Made by a program: the position numbers and the translations under genes
Notes under the pieces: model-generated
Seen by the model: only the letters and a program-made list of their open reading frames with translations
Told to the model about the DNA's origin: nothing
Databases searched by the model: none
Source of the DNA: Eledone cirrhosa
Lineage: Eukaryota
DNA length: 64,000 nt
Assembly (NCBI GenBank): GCA_964016885.1
Contig: OZ024740.1
Location: 184,760,001 to 184,824,000, forward strand
Reading direction: 5' to 3'
Part shown: piece by piece, positions 1 to 10,957 of the stretch
Layout of the letters: every line of letters starts with the position of its first letter
Position numbering within the stretch: the stretch's first letter is position 1

Positions 1-249
1 CATTTGAAGATTATATTATTAAGTACCTCCAAATTCTTGATTTTCAAAATGATTTGAAAATCATAGACAGTTTTTCATTAAAAATATGGTAATAAAAGGG
101 TTAAAAAGCAGGATTTTGTTATTTTCAAATTTTTATATCAGTATTAACTACAGAAGAGTTAAATGCTGTGATTAGAAAAACATTTAGAGTGAGCTAACAT
201 TATATTTTAGCAGGGTGGTAGAATCAGTGGTCGTCACTTTAACAGGGTA

Positions 250-770
250 GATGATTGAAGGTCGTTAGTTGCCAGTGTGGTAAGTGATAGTATCCTCGTT
301 GGATTATCTTGTTGACATAGACGTGAGGGAAGGTCCCTCGATCTATTTACCATCTATTTACAATATTCCTTTCGTCAGGTCGCCAATTCCAGCAGCATGG
401 ATTAAAGATGTTATTGAGACACGAGCAACATAATAATGATTTCAACCGCAGTAATTAGAGATGAAATGTTTGTTTATTTATATGGTTGAAGTTACAGATA
501 AAAAGAGGTTACAAAAGGGAATGTGCCATTGCGCCGTTAAGCCGGCGAGGCTAGGGGTGCAATATCTCACTGTTACATTATGCGTGTTGCTGGCTCGAAG
601 TTTCTGGTACAAGAGAGAGATTCTTCAAATCTTCGCGGGGAATTTCTTCCTCAGGGCGCGTAGGGATACATCCTCTTCTACTGGCGCTGATTGGCTGAAC
701 TGAGCCACATCACGCACAGAGAATGTATGTGAGCCCGCGGAATGTAGGTCACTACAATATCTTATCCAAG
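250..770 (-). mobile_element. Highly decayed Penelope-like element fragment (linker/GIY-YIG region)
   Basis: Minus-strand translation with stops gives NTHNVTVRYCTPSLAGL, NHYYVARVS and RLCQQ. These resemble NRNNIKISFSTTPNLADII, KHYIGATS and CDLCLME of the younger PLEs in this window. Confidence 0.4.
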
Positions 771-957
771 GGCGGTGGATTGGCAGTATCGGTAGAGGGT
801 CGGACGCCATGCTTTCCAGCATAGTTACGTCCCTTTACGATCTGCGTTCAAATCTCGCCGAGGTTGACTTTGCCTTTCATCCTTACGGGGTCGATAAAAT
901 AAAGTACCAGTAATGCACTGGGTAATTGCTGGCATTGTGCCTAAAGTAGAAACAATT
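771..957 (+). mobile_element. tRNA-derived SINE with Meta-type core
   Basis: A-box-like TGGCAGTATCGG, B-box GTTCAAATC and core GCCTTTCATCCTTACGGGGTCGATAAAATAAAGTACCAG. Related copies lie near 18925, 19135, 23035(-), 26390, 30575(-), 41805, 44915 and 62188. Confidence 0.75.
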
Positions 958-1211
958 ATATCTTGGCTAAGCAAGCATTGGAAAGATGAAATGTAACGGG
1001 AACTTAGAACACAGTGGGTACATGACAAAATCTCAGAGGGGGTTTTGTTCACCACTCTTACAATTTTGCTGATTGATCACTTTTATGCAAGGAATAATAT
1101 TATTGGTTTGTCTAAAACAAAGAAAATATAATACTTCTGTAATGGATCTCCACCAGTTCTGACGATGAGTGTGTTCCAGTTGTTTGGTCAATTTAACAGG
1201 CATGTGTACCC

Positions 1212-1409
1212 TTAACCCTTTAGCATTTACATTACTCTATATATACGATTGTATTTTCATTGTAAAGGTTTTATATCACATAATTATCTCACATAATATC
1301 AAACAATATCTTAACATTAGTATGAGTGACCAGTTATGGCTGGTTTGAATAGAAAAAGGTGAGAGAATTCTGACTGGATATAGTTGGTTTAAATGCGTAA
1401 AAGGGTTAA
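1212..1409. mobile_element. TTAA-flanked MITE (piggyBac-like ends) inserted into a SINE
   Basis: Starts TTAA-CCCTTTAGCATTTA and ends TAAATGCGTAAAAGGG-TTAA. A second copy in opposite orientation lies at 44557-44734. The host SINE sequence resumes after the TTAA. Confidence 0.7.
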
Positions 1410-1589
1410 AGAAATTCACAAAGAGTTTCAACATGACACAGTGTTACTAGGCAAGCCCGTTGAATTATAGGTACACAGTGCACCCAATGAGCTTCCAGAC
1501 AATTTCCAACAACCTGAAACTATAATAAATGATATTGTTCCAAGATTCTAGATGTTGAAGTCTGTCTCAAGCCCCGGAGACTTATCAGG

Positions 1590-1835
1590 TCAGTGCTTAT
1601 CCTGGTTTCCATGGCGTTAAGCAAGTGAGAGTACAAGGCTATCCCTGGGCAGCATGCCAGTCCATTGCAAGGTTAAACTCCCTGCTACTGCTGGTATTCA
1701 TTTTCTGCTGAGTATACTGGAGCAATGTGAAATGAAATGTTTTTGCTTATGAACACAACACACATCTAAGTCCAGTAATTGAAACCACAATGTAAGGATC
1801 ATAAATCTGAAGACTTACTACTAGGCCACTCAACT
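1590..1835 (-). mobile_element. tRNA-derived SINE (second family)
   Basis: CTGAGTATACTGGAGCAATGTGAAATGAAATGT block, shared with copies near 21950, 26050, 42640 and 45420. Confidence 0.65.
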
Positions 1836-2284
1836 CCACAAATCTAATATGGGACCTAATAATTGCAATGCAAACGTCTCAACCATATGGCAGCTATACA
1901 ATACTTCTATCAAGAAGAAAAAGACAGAGAATGTATATGAAAGAAAGAATGTATATAACTATTTAAATAACATAATGATTATAAGGATAAATGATTATAA
2001 GGATAAATGATTATAAGGATAAATAATTGCATGATACTTCTGCCACAAATATTTTGAAAGTAAATAGAAATTGGACTCACTTCAGTCACATGTTAAGAGT
2101 AAACATTATTTGAAACTTAATGGCAGCTTGTTTGATAAAAAGAAATTAGCAACATGAGAGTTAATGTGTGTGTATATATATATATAGTGGTAGAACACTG
2201 GAAGGTAATAACCGTAGTGGTAGAGCACTCAGTCCATGGGACGAGTTAGGTAAAAGTGGTTACACAACAGTTAGTTCACCATAC

Positions 2285-2322
2285 CGAGAACAATTGTTTC
2301 ACCTTAGCGGATCCTCAGCTCG
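2285..2322 (-). ncRNA. Minimal type I hammerhead ribozyme in PLE pseudo-LTR
   Basis: CGAG-CTGAGGA-TCCGCTAAGGT-GAAAC-AATT-GTT|CTCG. Stem I is CGAG/CTCG and stem III is the palindrome ACAATTGT. Confidence 0.75.
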
Positions 2323-2519
2323 TAATGGACACATGGTTATACGGAACAGGAAGGACAACCGTACGAACGCGCATTCGCAGAAAAAGATCACTTCACACAG
2401 GCAATACTAAGTTTCGTGCGAGAGGTGTAAGGGAGATAACTGCGAAAGTCCGAAAGTTTCTAGTTGATAAGAAAATTAGGATGATGTTGTAATTCAATCC
2501 GGAGCTTTGGAGTTATGTA

Positions 2520-3845
2520 AGAGGAGTTTCCAGACGTGTGGACAACGGGTGAAGAATTCATTTCTCGTGTTTAGGCAATCACTATTGCGTAATCTCTTAA
2601 GAATATTTATTCGTTCATCAATACATAGTCCACACGACGAATTGCCCCTTGCGTATTGCTTGGACTTAGTGATGGCTTTCCATTGAATGGAGTAGTCTAT
2701 ACTTGAGTCCTTGAGTGACCATACGTGGCTCGCGAGTTTCGTGGATGAACATCTGGTGGTTCAGGAAGCGTTCCTTAAATCGGCCCTCTGCTATACCCAC
2801 ATAGGATTTGACCTCCTGTGGTTGATTTGGTCGGTTGGAAGTGACCACAGCTTCATAAACTACAGCGGATGTGTTGCATTGCTGTTGAAGGGGACAAGCT
2901 TCGGCCTTACGGCAAGAGCACCCTGGTGGGGTGTTGCTCTTAGGGCTGTTGGTGGTATGGGCCTTCATGTTCTTAGCGCAGGAGTATCCTAGTTTTACTT
3001 TGTGTCGGTTAAAGATGGAGTGGTATTTATGACCTATGGGAAAGTGTCTATCTAAGAGGGCTAGACATTTTTTGCCTACATTGGTTTTAACGTTGAGTGA
3101 GAAGGGAGGAGAGAACCAGATAGTTTGTCTATTGTTACGCTTTCTTTTCTTATTGCTGCTGTTGTTGTTGTTAGTGGGAGAGTAAGTTGTAGGTTGCGAG
3201 AAGTTGCTGTTAGCTAACGCCGTGTTATAGTAGGGTGCCGCCCTGTCAAAGATAGCCTTATTAGAGGAGAGGTTTGAGATTCTAGAACTGATATTATTTA
3301 CGAAGTTTCTAAAAACAGTGGGAGTGCGGCATGAGTCCTTGTGAATGAAATTGAGATTTCCGTTTAGCTTATGGAAGGGTCTGCGGATGTGTGTGCAAAG
3401 GTCTAAATTAATCTCTAAGAAATCTACGCTAGAGAGCTTGGTAGCTACTATTATCCTAAGTCCTAATTCATTGAAGGTAGAAGCTAAGTCTTTTTTAAAC
3501 CGGTCAAGGTCGTGACCACTTTTATGGCTCGATAAGATCAGTCCATCGTCGCGGTATATTCCCGTGTGAAAGTCCGGGTATCTAACACGTAATATGTCTG
3601 AAATAAATAGGCCAAGTCGCATACGTCAGCACTGTAAAACGATCCCATGGAGACGTCGAATAGGTCTGAAGTTGTTGAATTCTTTGCCCAGGCTCCTCCG
3701 TTGTTGAAGAGGAGGGTTTTCTGGCAGTGAGCGATGATTTCCCTGTCTAAACCATCGACGGTAGTGTAAGTGGTAGCAAAGTCCAACGCTTTGTTTAACA
3801 GGGTCTCTGAGATCGACGGGTAAAAATCAACAATGTCAAACTTTG
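2520..3845 (-). pseudogene. PLE RT + GIY-YIG endonuclease ORF, frameshifted
   Basis: FDIVDFYPSI, FDVSMGSF, GIYRDDGL, IWFSPPFS, CSCRKAEACPL and VVYEA..SYVGIAEGRFKERFLNH. Split over ORFs 3538-3786 and 2666-3622. Confidence 0.88.
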
Positions 3846-4070
3846 TCGAAGTTCACACAGTTTGACATTGTTGATTTGCATAACTACAAAGCTCCGGATT
3901 GAATTACAACACCATCCTAATTTTCTTATCAACTAGAAACTTTCGGACTTTCGCATTTATCTCCCTTACACCTCTCGCACGCAATTAAGTATTGCCTGTG
4001 TGACGTGATCGTTTCTACGGTGGCGCGTTTGTACGGTTGTACTTCCTGTTGAGTATAACCATGTCCATTA

Positions 4071-4108
4071 CGAGCTAAGGATCCGCTAAGGTGAAACAAT
4101 TGTTCTTG
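4071..4108 (+). ncRNA. Mutated hammerhead copy in the inverted pseudo-LTR
   Basis: Same motif as 2285-2322, but the core reads CTAAGGA (G5 mutated). Probably inactive. Confidence 0.55.
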
Positions 4109-4136
4109 GTATGGTGAACTAACTGTTGTGTAACCA

Positions 4137-4139
<3 letters not shown>

Positions 4140-4203
<64 letters not shown>
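4140..4203. repeat. (TA)n microsatellite separating two PLE insertions
   Basis: Pure TA run. Confidence 0.95.
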
Positions 4204-4205
<2 letters not shown>

Positions 4206-4264
4206 ACGTGGGAAAGTAAAAAATCGGAGAATAGACCGTTAAAACATGTTTATTTAAAATATCA

Positions 4265-4299
4265 CCTACGTACGTTTCGCCCAGTTGGGCTTCTCAAGG
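4265..4299 (-). ncRNA. Hammerhead ribozyme, U3-A8 core variant
   Basis: CC-TTGAGAA-GCCC-AACT-GGGC-GAAAC-GTAC-GTA|GG on the minus strand. Confidence 0.7.
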
Positions 4300-4590
4300 G
4301 CATAAATAATCACAAGTGTTCCTTATATAGTTCGGAAAGAGTTTTGGGGGTTAAATCTACATCAAGATTCATTGCTCGCAAAAATATCTTGTTTTGATTT
4401 TGCAGCAGGTCAAGGGAGGTAACTCTGGCCGGTGTTAGGGCAGTCTTTCCCGGATAATTTTTTTTTTTTTTTTTTTTTTGCCGCATCTGAGGCTGGGTCT
4501 GGTATGCAAGGATTGTTTTCTGGGTGTTATTTTGCTGCGCCTGCCCGCCGGGGTGTTAAGACTTGTTGCAGGGAGATCCAATGTACTATT

Positions 4591-5533
4591 TCACTCTTCA
4601 TTCTTAACCCATCTAAAGAAGGATATTTTTAAGCGATGTGTACAAATTATCGCTGTTTCAGCTCTGCTGTTGATGAGCTCGTGGGGTGCAGTTATGATGT
4701 GGTAGAGCTCCATGAGGCAAAGATCGCATTTCCTCTTGAAGTTGTACGGTGCAGCCCTGCCGACAATCTCCCAGTGCGTGGAGAAGCTGATGTTTAAGTC
4801 CTTTAGTGATGTGATGTAGTCCGCGAGCGAAGTGGAGTGCCTTAGTTTTCTATTTGTGAAAGAGTGGAGATGTGTTCGAAACCTAATTTTGAACGGGCCG
4901 GAGGTGGCCCCTATATAATGTTTAACGCTATTGTGGCTAGTAATAGTGCATCTATATATAACCCTATCAGTCAAGCAGTATCCTCTAAGGGGGCAGCGTC
5001 CTCTGTCGCGGCAGTTGCAATTTCTGTCGCGGTTCCGTCTATTTCCCACGGTAAGGCTATCATTGTTGCTGCCTACGTTGTTACCTACGCTACCGCAGCT
5101 GTCGTTAGCACCATTACAACCCACAGCACGCGGGATGGTGCGATTGTTATTCCGCACGTCATGTTCTGCATGTTCCCCAGTCACTTCGCGGTCATTCTGG
5201 TTGCGTCTGCGGATGCCGTTGCCAACACTATTGGATGCTGTCAGGGAGTTGTTAAGGCCGATATAGTTATTGTCAGGTGTAGGTGCGTCTGTGTCGAGGT
5301 GCTGTGTCTTGGTGATCTTACTGTGGTTCGTTGTTCCTATGATGTCTGCTAGGTTAGGAGTAGTAGAGAAGGATATTTTTATATTGTTCCTATTAATAAT
5401 TGTTCTATACCTATGGTTGGGTGGGAAGTTCTTCTCTAAGGCTTCGAAGAATATCCGGGGTATGTTGGAGGCCACACTTCGAGAGTAGGGGGGGTGGAAC
5501 CATAGGACGTTACGGTGGCGATTACGTGTCCTT
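4591..5533 (-). pseudogene. PLE linker + GIY-YIG endonuclease, 5'-truncated (left arm)
   Basis: RHRNVLWFHPPYS...CNCRDRGRCPL...HYIGATSGPFKIRF. The apparent N-terminus of ORF 4591-5793 is only the antisense of the right arm. Confidence 0.85.
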
Positions 5534-5539
5534 GTAATT

Positions 5540-6066
5540 GTAATTGTGCTAACGACAGCTGCGGTAGCGTAGGTAACAACGTAGGCAGCAACAATAATAG
5601 CCTTACCTTGGGAAATAGACGGAACCGCGACAGAAATTGCAACTGCCGCGACAGAGGACGCTGCCCCCTTAGAGGATACTGCTTGACTGATAGGGTTATA
5701 TATAGATGCACTATTACTAGCCACAATAGCGTTAAACATTATATAGGGGCCACCTCCGGCCCGTTCAAAATTAGGTTTCGAACACATCTCCACTCTTTCA
5801 CAAATAGAAAACTAAGGCACTCCACTTCGCTCGCGGACTACATCACATCACTAAAGGACTTAAACATCAGCTTCTCCACGCACTGGGATATTGTCGGCAG
5901 GGCTGCACCGTACAATTTCAAGAGAAAATGCGATCTTTGCCTTATGGAGCTCTACCACATCATAACTGCACCCCACGAGCTCATCAACAGCAGAGCTGAA
6001 ACAGCGATAATTTGTACACATCGCTTAAAAATATCCTTCTTTAGATGGGTTAAGAATGAAGAGTGA
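5540..6066 (+). pseudogene. PLE GIY-YIG endonuclease fragment (right arm)
   Basis: ORF 5515-6066 is nearly identical to the C-terminus of the left-arm ORF. Confidence 0.85.
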
Positions 6067-6359
6067 AATAGTACACTGGATCTCCCTGCAACAAGTCTTA
6101 ACACCCCGGCGGGCAGGCGCAGCAATATAACACCCAGAAAACAATCCTTGCATACCAGACCCAGCCTCAGATGCGGCAAAAAAAAAAAAAAAAAAAAAAA
6201 AATTATCCGGGAAAGACTGCCCTAACACCGGCCAGAGTTACCTCCTTGACCTGCTGCTAAATCAAAACAAGATATTTTTGCGAGCAATGAATCTTGATGT
6301 AGATTTAACCCCAAAAACTCTTTCCGAACTATATAAGGAACACTTGTGATTATTTATGC

Positions 6360-6394
6360 CCTTGAGAAGCCCAACTGGGCGAAACGTACGTAGG
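6360..6394 (+). ncRNA. Hammerhead ribozyme, U3-A8 core variant
   Basis: CC-TTGAGAA-GCCC-AACT-GGGC-GAAAC-GTAC-GTA|GG. Perfect 4-bp stem II and palindromic stem III ACGTACGT. Confidence 0.72.
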
Positions 6395-6633
6395 TGATAT
6401 TTTAAATAAACATGTTTTAACGGTCTATTCTCCGATTTTTTACTTTCCCACGTGCTTACGCTCTGCTAACTCTCTAGCCCACTAAATATTAACACTTCGA
6501 ATATTTAATACTGCCGGCACTAGTATCGAGCACCTTTGGCATACGCTACTTGGCAAATAACTATATGTATCACCTATCCCTCCTTTTTCTCTCTTTCTCG
6601 ATACGTAAATACTATATATATATATATATGTAT

Positions 6634-7363
6634 GTGACCGTTGTTTTGGGAGGACATCCGGACAGCGGTTTGTTTACTTTAGTAAGTCATAGTGTTAAGA
6701 GTAAGTAAAAAGATGGAGAGATAGAGAGAGACGTGGAGAAAAAGAAAGGGAAAGATAGATAAAGAAAAAGAAGAAAGCAAAAAGAAAAGAGAACAGAGGA
6801 AAAATAACGGGGAGATATAAAAACATCAGACAGAGAAAGAACTTAAGAGAGAGATGTGTAGAGATAGAGAGAGAGGGGGAGAGAACGAAAACTTAAGTTG
6901 AGTTAACAATTGAGTTCTTTCTCTGTCTGATGTTTTGATATCTCCCCGTTATTTTTCCTCTGTTCTATTTTCTTTTTGCTTTCTTCTTTTTCTTTATCTA
7001 TCTTTCCCTTTCTTTTTCTCCACGTTTCTCTCTATCCCTCCATCTTTTTACTTACTCTTAACACTGACTTACTAAAGTAAACAAACCACTATCCGGATGG
7101 CCTCCCAAAACAACGGTCACCTTTTTGAAAGGGTACGTCAATATCTATTTGTAAAACTGTTATATATTGTATTTTGTCTGATGAAGGCATACCATGATTT
7201 AACTTGGTATCCTTGAAATATATATAATGAAATAAATATGGTTTTATAAATATAGTTTCCATTTATTAATATTGTATATCTACTCCAAATATTTGTCGAG
7301 TGCTTTATATCAGTTATAATAATATTTGCTTGGTGTATCCCAACAATTTAAATAGAACTTTTG
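6634..7363. mobile_element. Non-coding fold-back element (probable PLE 3' end) between TA repeats
   Basis: 6634-6843 is inverted at 6913-7120 with a few mismatches. The longer right arm continues through a hammerhead motif to a TA run. Confidence 0.75.
7174..7230 (+). ncRNA. Hammerhead ribozyme motif
   Basis: TTGT-CTGATGA-AGGcATACCA-loop-TGGTATCCTt-GAAA-TATATA-TA|ATGA. Stem I is weak. Confidence 0.65.
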
Positions 7364-7544
7364 CATATATATATATATATACAGTGGATATGGCGCATGT
7401 CTCTCGGACATGAAACCCCTCATTTCATTTTGGATATATATATGTATATATATATATGTATATATACATATATATACATATATATATATGTATATATATA
7501 TGTATATATACATATATATACATATATATATGTATATATACATG

Positions 7545-7576
<32 letters not shown>

Positions 7577-7607
7577 TATACATATATATATGTATATATA
7601 TATGTCT

Positions 7608-8120
7608 ATCTATCAAAGGCGGGTAAAATTCCCGAGATCCATGGACGAGTTCTCTCCAGCGGTCTCTGTCCCTCATTATCGCTGCCATGTCCTGCATCTC
7701 CAACAGACCAGTGTCTGTCCTTAGGGCATCAACATACATTAACCTTGGTCTTCCCCTTCTAGTGTGTCCATGTAGGGGCTCCCAAAGGAGTACTGAGTGC
7801 AATGTCAACTCTGGATGTCGGTGAGCATGTCCAGCTAACCTGTCTCCTCTGTGTCACTTTTGAGCTGACTTTTGGGAATACGGAAGATGATGTGGTTGAG
7901 AGGAAGAGCAAGGCCTGGGCGGCGTGCCACAGCTTGAGATCGGTGTGGAAGTCGGACCTTCGTAGAGACCTGAAAATCCGCCTCTTCGTTGCTGTAGTGG
8001 AGTCTGTGCTGCTGTATGGGTCTGAGACTTGGACACTGACCAAGAAACTCACTCAGATGGTGGATGGGTGCTACACGAGAATGCTGAGGATGGCTCTGAA
8101 CATTAATCAGTATACACTGA
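7608..8120 (-). mobile_element. RTE-type LINE 3' fragment with 5' inversion
   Basis: Minus 7608-7867 encodes the C-terminus ([23 protein letters not shown]). Plus 7868-8120 encodes the preceding region (KIRLF..VESVLLYGSETWTLTK..DGCYTRMLRMAL). Flanked by TA-rich repeats. Confidence 0.85.
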
Positions 8121-8123
8121 GGA

Positions 8124-8182
<59 letters not shown>

Positions 8183-8183
8183 G

Positions 8184-10357
8184 TACGTGGGAAAGTAAGA
8201 AATCGGAGAAGAGACCGTTAAAACATGTTTATTTAAAACACCACCTACGTACGTTTCGCCCAGTTGGGCTTTTCAAGGGCATAAATAATCAAAAGTGTTC
8301 CTACATTGCTCGGAAAGAGTTTTGGGGGTTAAATCCACGTCAAGGTTCATTGCTCGTTAAAATAGCTTGTTTTGATTTTGCAGCACGTCAAGGGAGATAA
8401 CTCTGGCCGGTGTTAGGGCAGTCTTTCCCGGACAAATTTTTTTATCCGCTACGAGATGAGGTTACAACCTTACCATTGTCGATACGCATGTAATCAAGAC
8501 TTATTTTGAGAGTTTTTTTTGCCGCATCTGTTTGTCTGAGTCGTTTGGGGCTGGGTCTGGTATGCAAGGATAGTTTCCTAGGTTTTATTTTGCAGCGCCT
8601 GCTCGCTGGTGTGTTAATAGTTGTTGCAGGGAGATCCGGTGCACGGTTTCACTCCTCATCCTTAACCCATCTGAAGAAGGATATGTTTAAGCGATGTGTA
8701 CAAATTATCGCTGTTTCAGCTCTGCTGTTGATGAGCTCGTGGGGTGCAGTTATGATGTGGTAGAGCTCCATGAGGCAAAGATCGCATTTCCTCTTGAAGT
8801 TGGACGTTGCAGCCCTGCCGACAATATCCCAGTGCGTGGAGAATCTGATGTTTAAGTCCTTTAGTGATGTGATGTAGTCCGCGAGCGAAATGGAGTGTCT
8901 TAGTTTTTTTATTTGTGAAAGAGTGGGGATGTGTTCTAAACCTAATTTTGAACGGGCCGGAGGTGGCCCCTATATAATGTTTAACGCTATTGTGGATAGT
9001 TATAGTGCATCTATATATAACCCTATCAGTCAAGCAGTATCCTCTAAGGGGCAGCGTCCTCTGTCGCGGCAGTTGCAATTTCTGTCGCGGTTCCGTCTAT
9101 TTCCCACGGTAAGGCTATTATTGTTGCTGCCTACGTTGTTACCTACGCTACCGCAGCTGTCGTTAGCACCATTACAACCCACAGCCCACGGGGTGGTGCG
9201 ATTGTTATTCCGCACGTCATGTCCTGCATGTTCCCCAGTCATTTCGCGGTTATGCTGGTTGCGTCTGCGGATGCCGTTGCCAACACTATTGGGTGCTGCC
9301 AGGGAGTTGTTAAGGCCGATATAGTTATTGTCAGGTGTAGGTGCGTCTGAGTCGAGGTGCTGTGTCTTGGTGATCTTACTGTGGTTCGTTGTTCCAATGA
9401 TGTCTGCTAGGTTAGGATTAGTAGAGAAGGATATTTTTATATTGTTCTTATTAAGAATTTTTCTATACCTATGGTTGGGTGGGAAGTTCTTCTCTAAGGC
9501 TTCGAAGAGCATCCGGGGTATGTTGGAGGCGACACTCCGAGTAGGGGGGAGGGGGACCATAGGACGTTACGGTGGCGATTACGTGTCCTTGTACGTTTGC
9601 TACCGGTGGTTCCATCTAGGTGACCGCTCTTATGTGTGTTAAGGCACAGTCGCCCGTTCGGTGCCTCTTTCACTTTATGCTCGGGTGCACTCTTCCTACC
9701 TCTTCCTTGTTTATGTACAGGAAGATGTTGGTTGGAAGGCGTTGGTTTTGTAATAGGGGAATAGTTCTAGTAATCTACAGTGGTCACCGTCTCAGGGGTC
9801 GTGATCCTTAGTGCGGTTATCTATTCAATTATATCCGACTTCAACGAGGTCGCCGCGTGATCGGTTATAGGTATGGCTTACTATAACGTTCGTTTTATGA
9901 GGGGGTGGGGTTTCTAGAGCTAGCGTTAGGGATGTAGGAAATTCCTCGGTTAAAGCCGGCGCTTATCAATGCCCTATTGTAGTAATCTGCCACTTGGTTG
10001 AAGATATCCTCATTGGCGGATAGTCTCTAGATTATATGTGAGATACTATAGACTATGGAGTTGAGAGTCTGCTTAGGGTGGTTGGAGGCATAATTAATAT
10101 AAGAGAGGCACTCTCCATGCTTATGGTATGGCTTGTATAAGCCCGTACTCAACTCCAGGGTCACGTCCAGGAATTTGACAACCTTCTGGTTTAGGTCCAT
10201 AGTTTCGGATAGGCCGTATGACTTGAAGAACCTGTGTATATGTTTGTTAAGGTTCTCTATCCTACGGGGGCTACGGTTCCTAACGGTAAACAGGGCGTCG
10301 TCCCTATATACACCTCCTTGTAGGGCCGGTATCTCTTCTCTAAGCTTATGTAGGAGG

Positions 10358-10358
<1 letters not shown>
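8184..10358 (-). mobile_element. Longer 5'-truncated copy of the 4.2-6.6 kb PLE family (RT C-terminus, linker, GIY-YIG, pseudo-LTR)
   Basis: [31 protein letters not shown] at 10030-10358. 8184-9590 is homologous to 4206-5533 with frameshifts. TA repeats at both ends. Confidence 0.9.
8244..8278 (-). ncRNA. Hammerhead ribozyme, U3-A8 variant (N7=A)
   Basis: CC-TTGAAAA-GCCCAACTGGGC-GAAACGTACGTA|GG. Differs from the 4.3 and 6.4 kb copies only at the variable N7 position. Confidence 0.7.
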
Positions 10359-10396
<38 letters not shown>

Positions 10397-10505
10397 GTAT
10401 ATCTATATCTATATATAAGTGTGTATATATATATATAAATATGTATATATATATATGTAAATATATATATATATGTATTTATATATGTGTGTATATATAT
10501 ATATT

Positions 10506-10536
<31 letters not shown>

Positions 10537-10646
10537 GTATATATATATATATGTATATATATGTGTATATATATATACATATATATATATACATATATAT
10601 ATGTATATATATATATGTGTGTATATATGTATATCTATATATATAA

Positions 10647-10924
10647 AACTGATGTTGTCTGTGTGTGTGTGTGTCCTCATTTTTGCAAAGTCTCTACAAA
10701 TCCACATTTGTACTCCGATTGAGTTCAAACTTGCATTTATATATTCCTTGCGGTCTAAAGATACTAACTGCCCCTTTTACTTTTCAATTTTCTGTTGTTA
10801 AAAGGGCGCCGGTTATCGATCGCCGTCGAGCCCTTATAATATCTGTGTGTATGTCTGGCTGTCTGCATAACGACATGCTGACGAACACGTCATTGCTGAC
10901 GTATTATATTCGGTACATTCACAG

Positions 10925-10925
<1 letters not shown>
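10647..10925 (+). mobile_element. Short interspersed repeat, possibly a Helitron/Helentron-derived non-autonomous element
   Basis: CTGATGTTGTCTGTGTGTCCTCATTTTTGCAAAG...CCGATTGAGTTCAAACTTGC recurs at 11831-11880 and 11905-12125. Superfamily is inferred only. Confidence 0.55.

Positions 10926-10957
<32 letters not shown>

Larger units (their letters stand above)
2188..4139 (-). mobile_element. 5'-truncated Penelope-like element with inverted pseudo-LTR, flanked by TA repeats
   Basis: RT and GIY-YIG ORF remnants on the minus strand. 2254-2518 is the reverse complement of 3879-4139 with several mismatches. TA repeats lie on both sides. Confidence 0.9.
4206..6612. mobile_element. Fold-back Penelope-like insertion (two GIY-YIG 3' ends, head-to-head)
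   Basis: 4206-~5115 is the near-identical reverse complement of ~5540-6453. Both arms encode CNCRDRGRCPL..VIYRC..HYIGAT..FKIRFRTH..CDLC. The right arm extends a further ~160 bp to a TA run. Confidence 0.92.

Noticed and set aside
771-860. tRNA genes at A/B-box motifs
   Set aside because: No cloverleaf. These are SINE heads followed by the shared SINE core.
4864-5352. Plus-strand ORF MEMCSKPNFERAGGG as a novel gene
   Set aside because: It is the antisense frame of the PLE endonuclease region.
2520-10358. Selenocysteine-recoding Naiad-type PLE
   Set aside because: The endonuclease is C-terminal, the conserved Cys positions use ordinary Cys codons, and the visible disruptions are mainly frameshifts.
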